From positions 1 to 21,513 of the forward strand of contig JBGQHJ010000087.1 of the NCBI GenBank assembly GCA_041497895.1: 21,513 nucleotides of DNA, read 5' to 3'. This DNA comes from Candidatus Methylomirabilia bacterium (lineage in GTDB: Bacteria > Methylomirabilota > Methylomirabilia > Rokubacteriales > CSP1-6). This document shows, piece by piece, positions 1 to 7,577 of this stretch (position 1 is the stretch's first letter; the number at the start of each line of letters is the position of its first letter). The position numbers and the translations under genes were made by a program. Under the pieces are notes generated by a model, which saw only the letters and a list, made by a program, of their open reading frames with translations, searched no databases and was not told where the DNA came from.

Positions 1-300
1 GGAGACGAACGACGCGGACTCGCCCGGGCGCTGGACGATGAAACCGTCCTTCTTGTCCGAGATCAAGTAGATCGGAGCCTCGCCCGGGGCGTAGATCACG
101 TACCCGTCACCCCAGGCCGCGAAGTAGACGTCGATCGGGAACTGCCCGGGCGCCGTCACCTTGAAGTGCTGGGCCGCAGCCGGGGGCTGCGGAGGCGGGA
201 AGTCGGCGTCTGCCCGCGGGTCGCCGCTCGCGCATCCGGCCAGGGCCGCCGCCGCGAGCCCGATCGCCACCACCGCTCGCCTCGCCCGTACGCTACTCAT
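1..300 (-). CDS. Putative lipoprotein, partial (runs off the window's left edge)
   Basis: Manual translation from ATG at 300: MSSVRARRAVVAIGLAAAALAGCASGDPRADADF...; basic N-terminus, hydrophobic stretch and LAGC lipobox; open to position 1; starts 21 nt after the pckG stop. Absent from the ORF track. Confidence 0.75.
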   Translation of the reverse strand, partial: MSSVRARRAVVAIGLAAAALAGCASGDPRADADFPPPQPPAAAQHFKVTAPGQFPIDVYFAAWGDGYVIYAPGEAPIYLISDKKDGFIVQRPGESASFVS

Positions 301-321
301 CTGGCTATCGCCGTCGCCGGC

Positions 322-2064
322 TCAGAGCCCGAAGCGCCGCGCCGTCTCGGCGTGAGCTTTCCAGATCGCCGCCGGCATCCGCTCATCGAACTGCTCGTAG
401 AACTCGCGAAGCTCTTCGAGAGCCTGGCGCCACTCGTCCCGGTCGACGCGGAGCGCGGCGTCCAGCGCGCCGGGGGCCAGGCCCAGGCTCGCCTCGTCGA
501 GGCTCCCGGGCGCCGGCACGTGGCCGATAGGCGTCTCGACCGCCTTGCCGCCGCCCCGGATCCGCTCGACGATCCACTTGAGGATCCGCACGTTCTCGCC
601 GTAGCCCGGCCACAGGAAACGACCGTCACCGTCACGCCGGAACCAGTTCACCCGGAAGATCTTGGGCGGGTTCTTGAGCTTCGGGCCGAAGGACAGCCAG
701 TGCGCGAAGTAGTCGGCCATGTTGTAGCCGCAGAACGGGATCATGGCCATCGGATCGCGCCGCACCACCCCGACCTGGCCGGTGATGGCGGCGGTCGTCT
801 CGGTGCCCATCGCCGAGCCCAGGAACACGCCGTGCTCCCAGTCGAACGCCTCGAAGACCAGCGGCACCACCCGCGCACGCCGGGAACCGAAGATGAACCC
901 GGAGAGTGGCACGCCCTCGGGGTCCTCCCAGTTCGGCGCGATCGAGGGGCACTGCTGCGCCGGCACCGTGAAGCGCGAGTTGGGATGGGCGGCCGGGCCC
1001 GAGCCGGGCGTCCACGGCTTGCCTTGCCAGTCGAGCAGGCCGGCCGGCGGCTCCGGCCCCATTCCCTCCCACCACGGCTCGTTGGACGGAGTCAGGGCCA
1101 CGTTGGTGAAGATGGTGTTCGAGCGCACCATGGCCGCGCCGTTCGGATTCGTCTTGGCGCTCGTGTTCGGGGCGACCCCGAAGAACCCGCGCTCCGGATT
1201 GGTGGCCCGGAGCTGGCCGTGCTTGTCCACGTGGATCCACGCGATGTCGTCGCCGACCGTCCACACCCGGTAGCCCGGTAGGCTCGACACCACCATGGCC
1301 AGGTTGGTCTTTCCGGAGGCGCTCGGCATGGCCGCCGCGAGATAGGTGACGCGACCCTCGGGATCCTCCAGGCCGAGGATCAGCATGTGCTCGGCCATCC
1401 ACCCCTCGGTGCGCGCCTGGTAGGAGGCGATGCGGAGCGCGTGGCACTTCTTGCCGAGCAGCGCGTTGCCGCCATACCCGGAGCCGACGCTCCAGATCAA
1501 CCGCTCCTCGGGGAAGTGCATGATGAACCGGCGATCGGGCGAGAGGTCGCCGAGAGAGTGCAGACCGCGAATGAAGTCGTCGTCGTTCCGCATGTGCTCG
1601 AGAGCCACCGCACCCACGCGGGTCATGATGTGCATGCTGGCCACCACGTACGCGCTGTCGGTGACCATGACTCCCACTCGACTCATCGCCGAGCCCGCGG
1701 GCCCCATGAGGTACGGGATCACCCACATCGGACGGTCCCGCATGCTACCCCGGAACAGCCCCTCGAGCCGCGCCTTGCCCTCCGACGGCGCCATCCAATT
1801 GTTGGTGGGCCCGGCTTCCTCGCGCGTGCGCGTGCAGATGAAGGTGAGCTGCTCGGTCCGGGCCACGTCGGAGGGGTGGCTGCGATGCAGGTAACAGTTC
1901 GGATAGGTGCGCGAGTTCAGGGGCAGCAGCGTCCCATCGCGCAGCATGTCGTCGACGAGGCGATCGTACTCCGCCTTCGACCCGTCGGCCCACGCGATCT
2001 TCGCCGGGCCGGTCAGCGCGGCGACCTCATCCACCCACTTCTCGACTTGACTCGTGAGGCTCAT
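322..2064 (-). CDS. pckG: Phosphoenolpyruvate carboxykinase (GTP)
   Basis: Motifs DVARTE, GSGYGGNALLGKKC, PSASGKTNLAM, VGDDIAW, HPNSRF, RRDPMAMIPFCGY, VNWFR, WPGYGEN; ATG at 2064 with a GGGAGG RBS. Confidence 0.97.
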   Translation of the reverse strand: MSLTSQVEKWVDEVAALTGPAKIAWADGSKAEYDRLVDDMLRDGTLLPLNSRTYPNCYLHRSHPSDVARTEQLTFICTRTREEAGPTNNWMAPSEGKARLEGLFRGSMRDRPMWVIPYLMGPAGSAMSRVGVMVTDSAYVVASMHIMTRVGAVALEHMRNDDDFIRGLHSLGDLSPDRRFIMHFPEERLIWSVGSGYGGNALLGKKCHALRIASYQARTEGWMAEHMLILGLEDPEGRVTYLAAAMPSASGKTNLAMVVSSLPGYRVWTVGDDIAWIHVDKHGQLRATNPERGFFGVAPNTSAKTNPNGAAMVRSNTIFTNVALTPSNEPWWEGMGPEPPAGLLDWQGKPWTPGSGPAAHPNSRFTVPAQQCPSIAPNWEDPEGVPLSGFIFGSRRARVVPLVFEAFDWEHGVFLGSAMGTETTAAITGQVGVVRRDPMAMIPFCGYNMADYFAHWLSFGPKLKNPPKIFRVNWFRRDGDGRFLWPGYGENVRILKWIVERIRGGGKAVETPIGHVPAPGSLDEASLGLAPGALDAALRVDRDEWRQALEELREFYEQFDERMPAAIWKAHAETARRFGL

Positions 2065-2142
2065 GGATGACGTCCTCCCGGTAAGAGACACCACGTTCGG
2101 TTCCCGGCGGGCCCGCGTCCCGGCTCAGGCGCGTACCGGGAA

Positions 2143-2171
2143 ATTCTCACCGCGCGGCGTGCTCCTGTCAA
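2143..2171 (-). promoter_or_regulatory. Putative sigma70 promoter of pckG
   Basis: TTGACA-N17-GAGAAT on the minus strand. Confidence 0.55.
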
Positions 2172-2188
2172 CGACCGGATATGTCGGG

Positions 2189-2602
2189 TCAGGCCCGGTC
2201 GACCCGGGCGCTGCGCCGGGCGAGCGCGTCGCGGACCATGAGAGCCAAGTCCCGCCGCGGGAAGGGCTTGATCAAGTAGCCGAAGGCGCCCCGGCGCAGC
2301 GCCTCGTTGAGGGTGGCGAGCGACGCGAACGCGGTGATCATCACGACCTCGATCCGCTCGTTGAAGGTCTTGATGTACTGGAGCGTGTCGAGCCCGCTCA
2401 TGCTGGGTAGGAGCTTGACATCGAGGAGCACGAGGTCCGGCTGAAACCGCGCCAGCTCCTCGATCGCCTCCTCCCCGCTCCCCACGCTCGAGATCAGGTA
2501 CTCGCGATCCAGCAGGGCGCGCAGGCTCATGCGCACTCCCTCCTCGTCGTCGACCAGGAGTACGCGGGCCTTCTCTCGAGTCTCGAGAACGGGTTCGGTC
2601 AT
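2189..2602 (-). CDS. Single-domain response regulator (receiver)
   Basis: VLLVDDE, LVLLD (phospho-Asp), MITA, IKPF; no output domain. Confidence 0.9.
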   Translation of the reverse strand: MTEPVLETREKARVLLVDDEEGVRMSLRALLDREYLISSVGSGEEAIEELARFQPDLVLLDVKLLPSMSGLDTLQYIKTFNERIEVVMITAFASLATLNEALRRGAFGYLIKPFPRRDLALMVRDALARRSARVDRA

Positions 2603-2642
2603 TGAGAAAGTTCTGCGCGGGGCAGTCGATACGATCCGGGGT

Positions 2643-2657
2643 GCAACGCGAGTGCCA
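2643..2657 (-). promoter_or_regulatory. Sigma54 -24/-12 promoter
   Basis: TGGCAC-TCGCG-TTGC(A) on the minus strand, 40 nt upstream of ATG 2602. Confidence 0.85.
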
Positions 2658-2799
2658 GTGCGAGCGCGGGGGGAAACCCCTTGAACTCTCGCGCATCACC
2701 GCTCTCTGACGCGCAGCGCGCGCCAGAGAGTGGACAAAAATTGGCGTCGCGATCCTCACCGGACGGAGGCGTCTTCCGACGACGGCCCCGGTCGCCGGG

Positions 2800-3168
2800 T
2801 CAGGAGCGCGGCGTCCCGGCGCCGGGGCGCAGCCGTTGCGCGATCTCGTTGACGAGGTGGTTGAGCCGCTCCGCCGCGTCTTCCCGTTCCTTCTGGTGCC
2901 GCTCGTTCTCGACCCGCAACTCGCCCATGCTCTGTCGCAGGTGCTCGGCCTGACGCTCGGAGGTCTCGAGCCGATTGCGCAGCTGCTCGTTCTCGTAGGT
3001 CACCCCACGGAGCCGCTCGTTCTCGCGCTCCGACGCTTCCACCCGCTCGCGCAGGCGATCGTGCTCGTGCAGCAACTCGAGCAGCGAGGCCAGCTGCGTC
3101 TGCCCGGCCTCGAGCCAACGCCGCACCTCGTCGCCATCGCGCACCTGCTTGGACTCGACGCTCATCAT
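2800..3168 (-). CDS. Coiled-coil protein of unknown function (122 aa)
   Basis: ATG at 3168 preceded by an AAAGGAG RBS; heptad-rich with recurring ENERLR/ENEQLR/ENERHQ. Confidence 0.75.
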   Translation of the reverse strand: MMSVESKQVRDGDEVRRWLEAGQTQLASLLELLHEHDRLRERVEASERENERLRGVTYENEQLRNRLETSERQAEHLRQSMGELRVENERHQKEREDAAERLNHLVNEIAQRLRPGAGTPRS

Positions 3169-3513
3169 CCGATCTTCTCCTTTCGTACGATTGAGTGGAG
3201 TGTAATCCAGCCCAGGACGCGATGTGTGGCCGATCGCCACCGTCGGGCTCCCGGCCGGCCCGGGAGTGCGCGGCCGGCGCCGATCCGCGCGCCGACGCTC
3301 CGGCTCCTGCCCCACTGCCGCGCTCCGCCGCTCGCCGCGGCGACGGTCCAACATCACCTCGACCTGTTCGGGGTCCTCCGCGAAGAGCCGCTGCATGCGC
3401 TCGACCAGCGCCGGGCGGTCGGGACGCACGAAGACCTGCAGACGACCTCGAGTCGGGCTACTCCAGACCCACAGGGAGATGCGTCGGAACCGTCCGGTGA
3501 GCATCACGGTCAA
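3169..3513 (-). CDS. Arg-rich [D/E]RR-motif domain, in frame (no stop) with the downstream coiled-coil ORF
   Basis: LQVFVRPDRPALVERMQRLFAEDPEQVEVMLDRRRGERR...ERRRADRRR; TTG start overlaps the upstream TGA (TTGA); reads through into 2800..3168. Confidence 0.6.
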
Positions 3514-3680
3514 CGGTTCCCCGCGCCGGACGTCGGGGTGGGGTCCTCGCCCCGGCCGAGCAGGCGCAGACGGTGGGTCCAGCAGAGGCCATGCACCTCG
3601 CGGTCGTCACCCGGGATATCGATCGTGACGAGGAGGCAAGGCTTGCCCTCCTGCCGACATCGCGGACAGATGACTTTCAA
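3510..3680 (-). CDS. Putative zinc-binding microprotein (56 aa, CxxC...HxxCxxH)
   Basis: Manual translation from TTG 3680: MKVICPRCRQEGKPCLLVTIDIPGDDREVHGLCWTHRLRLLGRGEDPTPTSGAGNR*; immediately downstream of a sigma54 motif and coupled to the next ORF. Absent from the ORF track. Confidence 0.65.
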   Translation of the reverse strand: MKVICPRCRQEGKPCLLVTIDIPGDDREVHGLCWTHRLRLLGRGEDPTPTSGAGNR

Positions 3681-3695
3681 GGCGCCTGATACGGG

Positions 3696-3710
3696 GCAAA
3701 CTCGGTGCCA
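3696..3710 (-). promoter_or_regulatory. Sigma54 -24/-12 promoter
   Basis: TGGCAC-CGAGT-TTGC on the minus strand; AT-rich tract upstream at ~3780-3870. Confidence 0.8.
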
Positions 3711-3986
3711 CGCGCGCGTGCTGGATCAGGCGCCGATGGTCGCCGCGCGCCTTCCAAATCGCGGCCCTGGGCGGGCGCACTTCCTCACCTGTTATCTCAT
3801 TTCTTACGACTACTTAACAACTCTCTCGGAATACGTCACATGAGACACCGCGCGTGATTGATTCAGAGGAACCCGGACCAAGCCTCCGTACCGCGCACGA
3901 TTGGTGTGGGAAGAGCCGGGCCTTGCTTGGCCACCCCGCGACCCTGAGTAGGTAAGCACCTTCTCATCCCGCTCGACCCGCTCGCC

Positions 3987-4015
3987 TTGACACCGGGTAT
4001 GCCAGGTCCTAGCAT
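3987..4015 (+). promoter_or_regulatory. Sigma70-type promoter of the CBS gene
   Basis: TTGACA-N17-TAGCAT. Confidence 0.7.
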
Positions 4016-4040
4016 GCTCGCACCCCCCGAGGTGGCGGCG

Positions 4041-4565
4041 ATGAGTGAGTTCCACGACGAGTACTCCGAAGCCCTCGACGGTGAGTTCCGCAAGCTCGAA
4101 GACGCCCTGCTGAGTGATCAGGTCCGTCTCCTCGCCCCCAGCGAGCCGATTCGGATGTCCGCGGACGCCACGGTAGCCGACGCGGTCACGCGCATGGTCG
4201 ACAACCGGCGCGCCGCCGTCGTCATCGTGGACGTGATCGGACGCCTGGTCGGCATCTTCACCGAGCGGGACCTGCTCACCCGGGTCGTCAGTCTGGGCCG
4301 CGAGCTGTCCCGGACCCGGCTCGGCGACGTGATGACGTCGTCCCCGGAAGCCCTGGCGCCCCACGACCGCATCTGCTTCGCGATCAACCGGATGCATGCG
4401 GCGGGCTACCGCACCGTGCCGCTCGTGGACGACCAGCGCCGCCCCATCGGGGTCGTCACGGTCAACGACGTGGTGAGCTGGCTGGCGCGGGTCTTTCCGG
4501 AGGCCATCCTCAACCTCCGGCCGGGCGACCGAGTGAACCGCCCGGCTCAGATGGACAGCGGCTAG
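4041..4565 (+). CDS. CBS domain pair protein
   Basis: GRLVGIFTERDLL, LGDVMTSSPE, GYRTVPLVD, IGVVTVNDV; ATG at 4041 after GAGGTG. Confidence 0.9.
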   Translation: MSEFHDEYSEALDGEFRKLEDALLSDQVRLLAPSEPIRMSADATVADAVTRMVDNRRAAVVIVDVIGRLVGIFTERDLLTRVVSLGRELSRTRLGDVMTSSPEALAPHDRICFAINRMHAAGYRTVPLVDDQRRPIGVVTVNDVVSWLARVFPEAILNLRPGDRVNRPAQMDSG

Positions 4566-5623
4566 ACGCGTCCGGCCACCACCGGCCGGATCCGCCGGAA
4601 CACGAGCCGCGAGGGCGCGTTCCGGAAGGGCCAGCCCGGGAGGATGGCGGTGAAGCGGCCCGCCGGCCCGCCCGCTACCAGGAGCTTCAGGCAGTCCGGT
4701 GACTGGAACTTGGGCACCAGGGCACTGCTCCGCGCCCCCTCCGGATACGCCGTCAGCGCCTCATCGGAGAGCCCCTCGCCGCCGTCGCGTCCCGCCAACA
4801 GATCCCGGACCGGCTTCTGCAAGCGCGTCCACAGGAACTCGCGCACCCGGCTCTTCGACCAGCCGTCGTCGGCCAGGGTCTTCACGTGCTCGGGGGAGAA
4901 AACCAGGGCGGTGTCGCCCAGCCCCACCGCCTTGTGGTGGGCCACCACCTCCACGCTGCGCGCGACGGTGGCCAGCAGGTCCGTGGCCGAGCGGCTCCGC
5001 GTGTCGGCGACCACCTGGGGGGCTTCCGCCGCCATCACGCCGACCGTGCTATCGCCGGCCGCGAAGCCGTGCTCGACGTGGAGCGGCTCCCACGGGCTCG
5101 CCTCCTCGTTCTCCGCGATACAGTAGGTATAGCGGCCCGGCCCTCCGAAGGTGGACATGCTGATCACGCCCGGATGCGCCCCGCCGATGTTCACCCAGCA
5201 CAGGCGCACCGCCCGGCCGATGGTGGCGTTGGCCCGCCAGCCGGGGCCGAAGACCCCGGCGCCCGAGTTGATGTCGAGCGCGGCCCGGATCGGGCCGTTC
5301 ACGATCACCAAGGGAGCTACCGCGTCGGTGGTGCCCGAGACACCGAGAAGACAGAAGCGCTCGTCGCACATGGCCTCCACCGCGGCCAGCACCACCGGCA
5401 GGTACTCCGGGCGGCAGCCGGCCATGACCGCGTTGATCGCGATCTTCTGCACGGTGGCACGGCCGAAGCGAGGTGGCACCTCGGCCACCACCTCGTCGGG
5501 CTCGCGCCCCGCCGCCGCGACGGCGGCCGCCACCCGCGCCGGAGTGGGCGGGACTACCGGTAGCCCGTCGGTCACCCCGCGGGCGAAGAGTGCCTCGATG
5601 GGGTCGGCGTCGGAGGTTGCCAT
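4562..5623 (-). CDS. Conserved hypothetical protein (TDGLPVVPPT...AVMAGC family, recalled as often linked to thioredoxin-like/UGSC proteins)
   Basis: Motifs TDGLPVVPPT, IAINAVMAGCRPEY, ANATIGRA, AENEEASPWEPLH; family association is from recall, not a search. Confidence 0.7.
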   Translation of the reverse strand: MATSDADPIEALFARGVTDGLPVVPPTPARVAAAVAAAGREPDEVVAEVPPRFGRATVQKIAINAVMAGCRPEYLPVVLAAVEAMCDERFCLLGVSGTTDAVAPLVIVNGPIRAALDINSGAGVFGPGWRANATIGRAVRLCWVNIGGAHPGVISMSTFGGPGRYTYCIAENEEASPWEPLHVEHGFAAGDSTVGVMAAEAPQVVADTRSRSATDLLATVARSVEVVAHHKAVGLGDTALVFSPEHVKTLADDGWSKSRVREFLWTRLQKPVRDLLAGRDGGEGLSDEALTAYPEGARSSALVPKFQSPDCLKLLVAGGPAGRFTAILPGWPFRNAPSRLVFRRIRPVVAGRV

Positions 5624-5658
5624 GTGGGCGGGACCCGGCGGGTCGCGGCCGCCCGCGG

Positions 5659-6048
5659 CTAGCGGGGGCGGGAGAACGGCGAGCGGTACTCGAGTCGCTC
5701 GCGCACCTTGTTCAGCAGCCGCTCGACGGTGAAGGGCTTCGCCACGAAGGCGTCGACCGGGATGAGCACCCCGGCGTCGCTGATGACCTCGGCCGCCCGA
5801 CCGGACATGAAGATCATCTTGGTATCCGGTCGCACCGCGGCGAGCCGGTCGGCGAGCTCCCTGCCGTTGATCCCGGGCATCATGATGTCGGTCAGGAGCA
5901 GGTGGATCGCGCCCTGGTGCTCCTCGGCGACCTGCAGCGCGCTCTCACCATCCTCGGCCTCGAGCACCCGGTAGCCGGCGCCCACCAGGATGTCCCGCGC
6001 CAGGGCCCGCACCTGGACCTCGTCGTCCACCACCAGGATCGTCTCCAT
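5659..6048 (-). CDS. Single-domain response regulator (receiver, hybrid-kinase C-terminal type)
   Basis: ILVVDDE, LLLTDIMMPG, FMSG, AKPF. Confidence 0.92.
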   Translation of the reverse strand: METILVVDDEVQVRALARDILVGAGYRVLEAEDGESALQVAEEHQGAIHLLLTDIMMPGINGRELADRLAAVRPDTKMIFMSGRAAEVISDAGVLIPVDAFVAKPFTVERLLNKVRERLEYRSPFSRPR

Positions 6049-6148
6049 TCGCCGCCTATTCTACCCCCCGGGGGCCTGCTTTCTCGCACGTGCCGTGTTC
6101 AACTCGCGGCCGATCCGACTGGTTCCGGGGCGGGCACCCCTCGTCGCC

Positions 6149-6177
6149 TTGACAGGTCCCCCTCCCGGTCCTAGAGT
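6149..6177 (+). promoter_or_regulatory. Sigma70-type promoter
   Basis: TTGACA-N17-TAGAGT, 8 nt before ATG 6186. Confidence 0.7.
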
Positions 6178-6185
6178 CATCGAGC

Positions 6186-6512
6186 ATGAGGAAATGGATC
6201 GGTACTCTGAGTCTGGTCTGGCTGCTGTGGTCAGATCTATCCATCGTAGGCAAGGACAACCCGCTCGATACCATCGTGCTGCGCTGGCTGGCCCGCGTGC
6301 CCCGCCTGCAGACCGATCACATCCTGGCCGGCAGCTACACGTCGGCGGAGGAATGCCGCGCGGCCCTCGAGCGCCACATCGTCACGCTCAAGTCGATCAA
6401 CGACAGCTGGTCGGCGGAGGAATTCGCCCGCAACGGCGACTCGGGGACGATCCACTACTACCCCAACGGCCTCGTCTACGCGCGCGCGGACCTGAGCTGC
6501 GCGCAGCAGTAG
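6186..6512 (+). CDS. Hypothetical exported protein (108 aa)
   Basis: Signal-like N-terminus MRKWIGTLSLVWLLWS; two Cys; good promoter directly upstream. Confidence 0.7.
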   Translation: MRKWIGTLSLVWLLWSDLSIVGKDNPLDTIVLRWLARVPRLQTDHILAGSYTSAEECRAALERHIVTLKSINDSWSAEEFARNGDSGTIHYYPNGLVYARADLSCAQQ

Positions 6513-6517
6513 CCGTC

Positions 6518-7291
6518 TCAGCGCCCTGGCGCGACCGGGGTGCCCGCCGGCGCCTCGGTGCGGACCGGCGGGCGCGGCTCGCGCGAGCCGCCCTCGAAGA
6601 GATCCATCAGCCACGGCACCGTGATCACCACCACGATCGCGAGCACGATCAGGACCAGGGTGGCGCGGAACCACCCGGTCACGAAGATACTCGGGGGCCC
6701 GTCGTAGACTTCCGCCTCGCCCCGTAGTACCGCCAGCTCGGCCCGCAGCTCCTCCTGCTCCTCCTCGAGGGTCTCGAGGCGCGAACGCAACTGCCTCACG
6801 GTACCCACCAGGTCGCGCGGCGTCGCCACCCGGGCCGAGCGGCGACTCTCGGGCGCCGGGCTCCCGACCGGGGTGGCCAGCCGGCGGCGGCGGGGGCGCT
6901 CGGCGGGAACCGACTCGCCGACCCCATCCCCGGTCAGCGCGAGCTGCCGACCGGTCGGCTGTACCGCGATCTCGGAGCCGGGCGTTGCCTCGCCGGCGCC
7001 GGGCGTCCGCCGGACCGGGGGCCCCCCGCCCTGCTGTGCGACCGCCTCGACCGGTCGACCCATCGCGTGCAGCTCGTCGCGGGAGAGGTTCTGGATCCGG
7101 GCGAGGAGGCTCTTCACGGTTCGCTCGGAGACCTGGTGGGCGAGCACGAGTCGTCCGCGCTCGTCGCCGTCCTCCACGTACGCCACCCAGTCCTTCAGGC
7201 TACGGGTGCCGTGCCAGGCGACGGTGAGGCCGCTGACCTGCATCCGCTTCCTTCCCTCGATCTTCGCGAGTGGCTTGCGGGTGACCTCCAT
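6518..7291 (-). CDS. Hypothetical membrane-anchored protein (globular N-domain, low-complexity linker, coiled coil, TM helix)
   Basis: AGGAG RBS; LETLEEEQEELRAELAVL coiled coil; TM segment ATLVLIVLAIVVVITVPWL. Confidence 0.7.
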   Translation of the reverse strand: MEVTRKPLAKIEGRKRMQVSGLTVAWHGTRSLKDWVAYVEDGDERGRLVLAHQVSERTVKSLLARIQNLSRDELHAMGRPVEAVAQQGGGPPVRRTPGAGEATPGSEIAVQPTGRQLALTGDGVGESVPAERPRRRRLATPVGSPAPESRRSARVATPRDLVGTVRQLRSRLETLEEEQEELRAELAVLRGEAEVYDGPPSIFVTGWFRATLVLIVLAIVVVITVPWLMDLFEGGSREPRPPVRTEAPAGTPVAPGR

Positions 7292-7342
7292 CCGGTCTCC
7301 TGTCCTTTCCCTTCTCCCCGCGCCGCCCCCGGCGCGGCCCCA

Positions 7343-7371
7343 AGAGTACGATGCGCCTCCAGGCCTGACAA
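7343..7371 (-). promoter_or_regulatory. Putative sigma70 promoter
   Basis: TTGTCA-N17-TACTCT on the minus strand, upstream of ATG 7291. Confidence 0.5.
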
Positions 7372-7395
7372 GGGCCTTGGAACCGCCGAATTCGG

Positions 7396-7430
7396 GGTAG
7401 TTTTTACACGAGTGTCATGTAAAACCTACA
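7396..7430. promoter_or_regulatory. Candidate paired enhancer (bEBP UAS) upstream of mreB
   Basis: GGTAGTTTTTACA and TGTAAAACCTACA, 22 bp apart; also a TTTTACA-N9-TGTAAAA inverted repeat. Confidence 0.5.
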
Positions 7431-7533
7431 CAATCTGACACTTTTGGCCGCGCCGCGGTAGCCGGCACCCCCGTCTATTGTGGGCGTATCGTCCCCGGCA
7501 ACCATTTCGCGTCGTCGGCCGAAGCCATCGCAC

Positions 7534-7548
7534 TGGCACATCCGTTGC
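7534..7548 (+). promoter_or_regulatory. Sigma54 -24/-12 promoter of mreB
   Basis: TGGCAC-ATCCG-TTGC, followed by an AAGGAG RBS and ATG 7578. Confidence 0.85.
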
Positions 7549-7577
7549 GTTCTGTCCGACCGCGAAAGGAGTGAGGC

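Noticed and set aside
3780..3870. AT-rich tract as a small RNA or IHF site
   Set aside because: No convincing WATCAANNNNTTR match or stable structure seen; most simply the regulatory region between divergent promoters.
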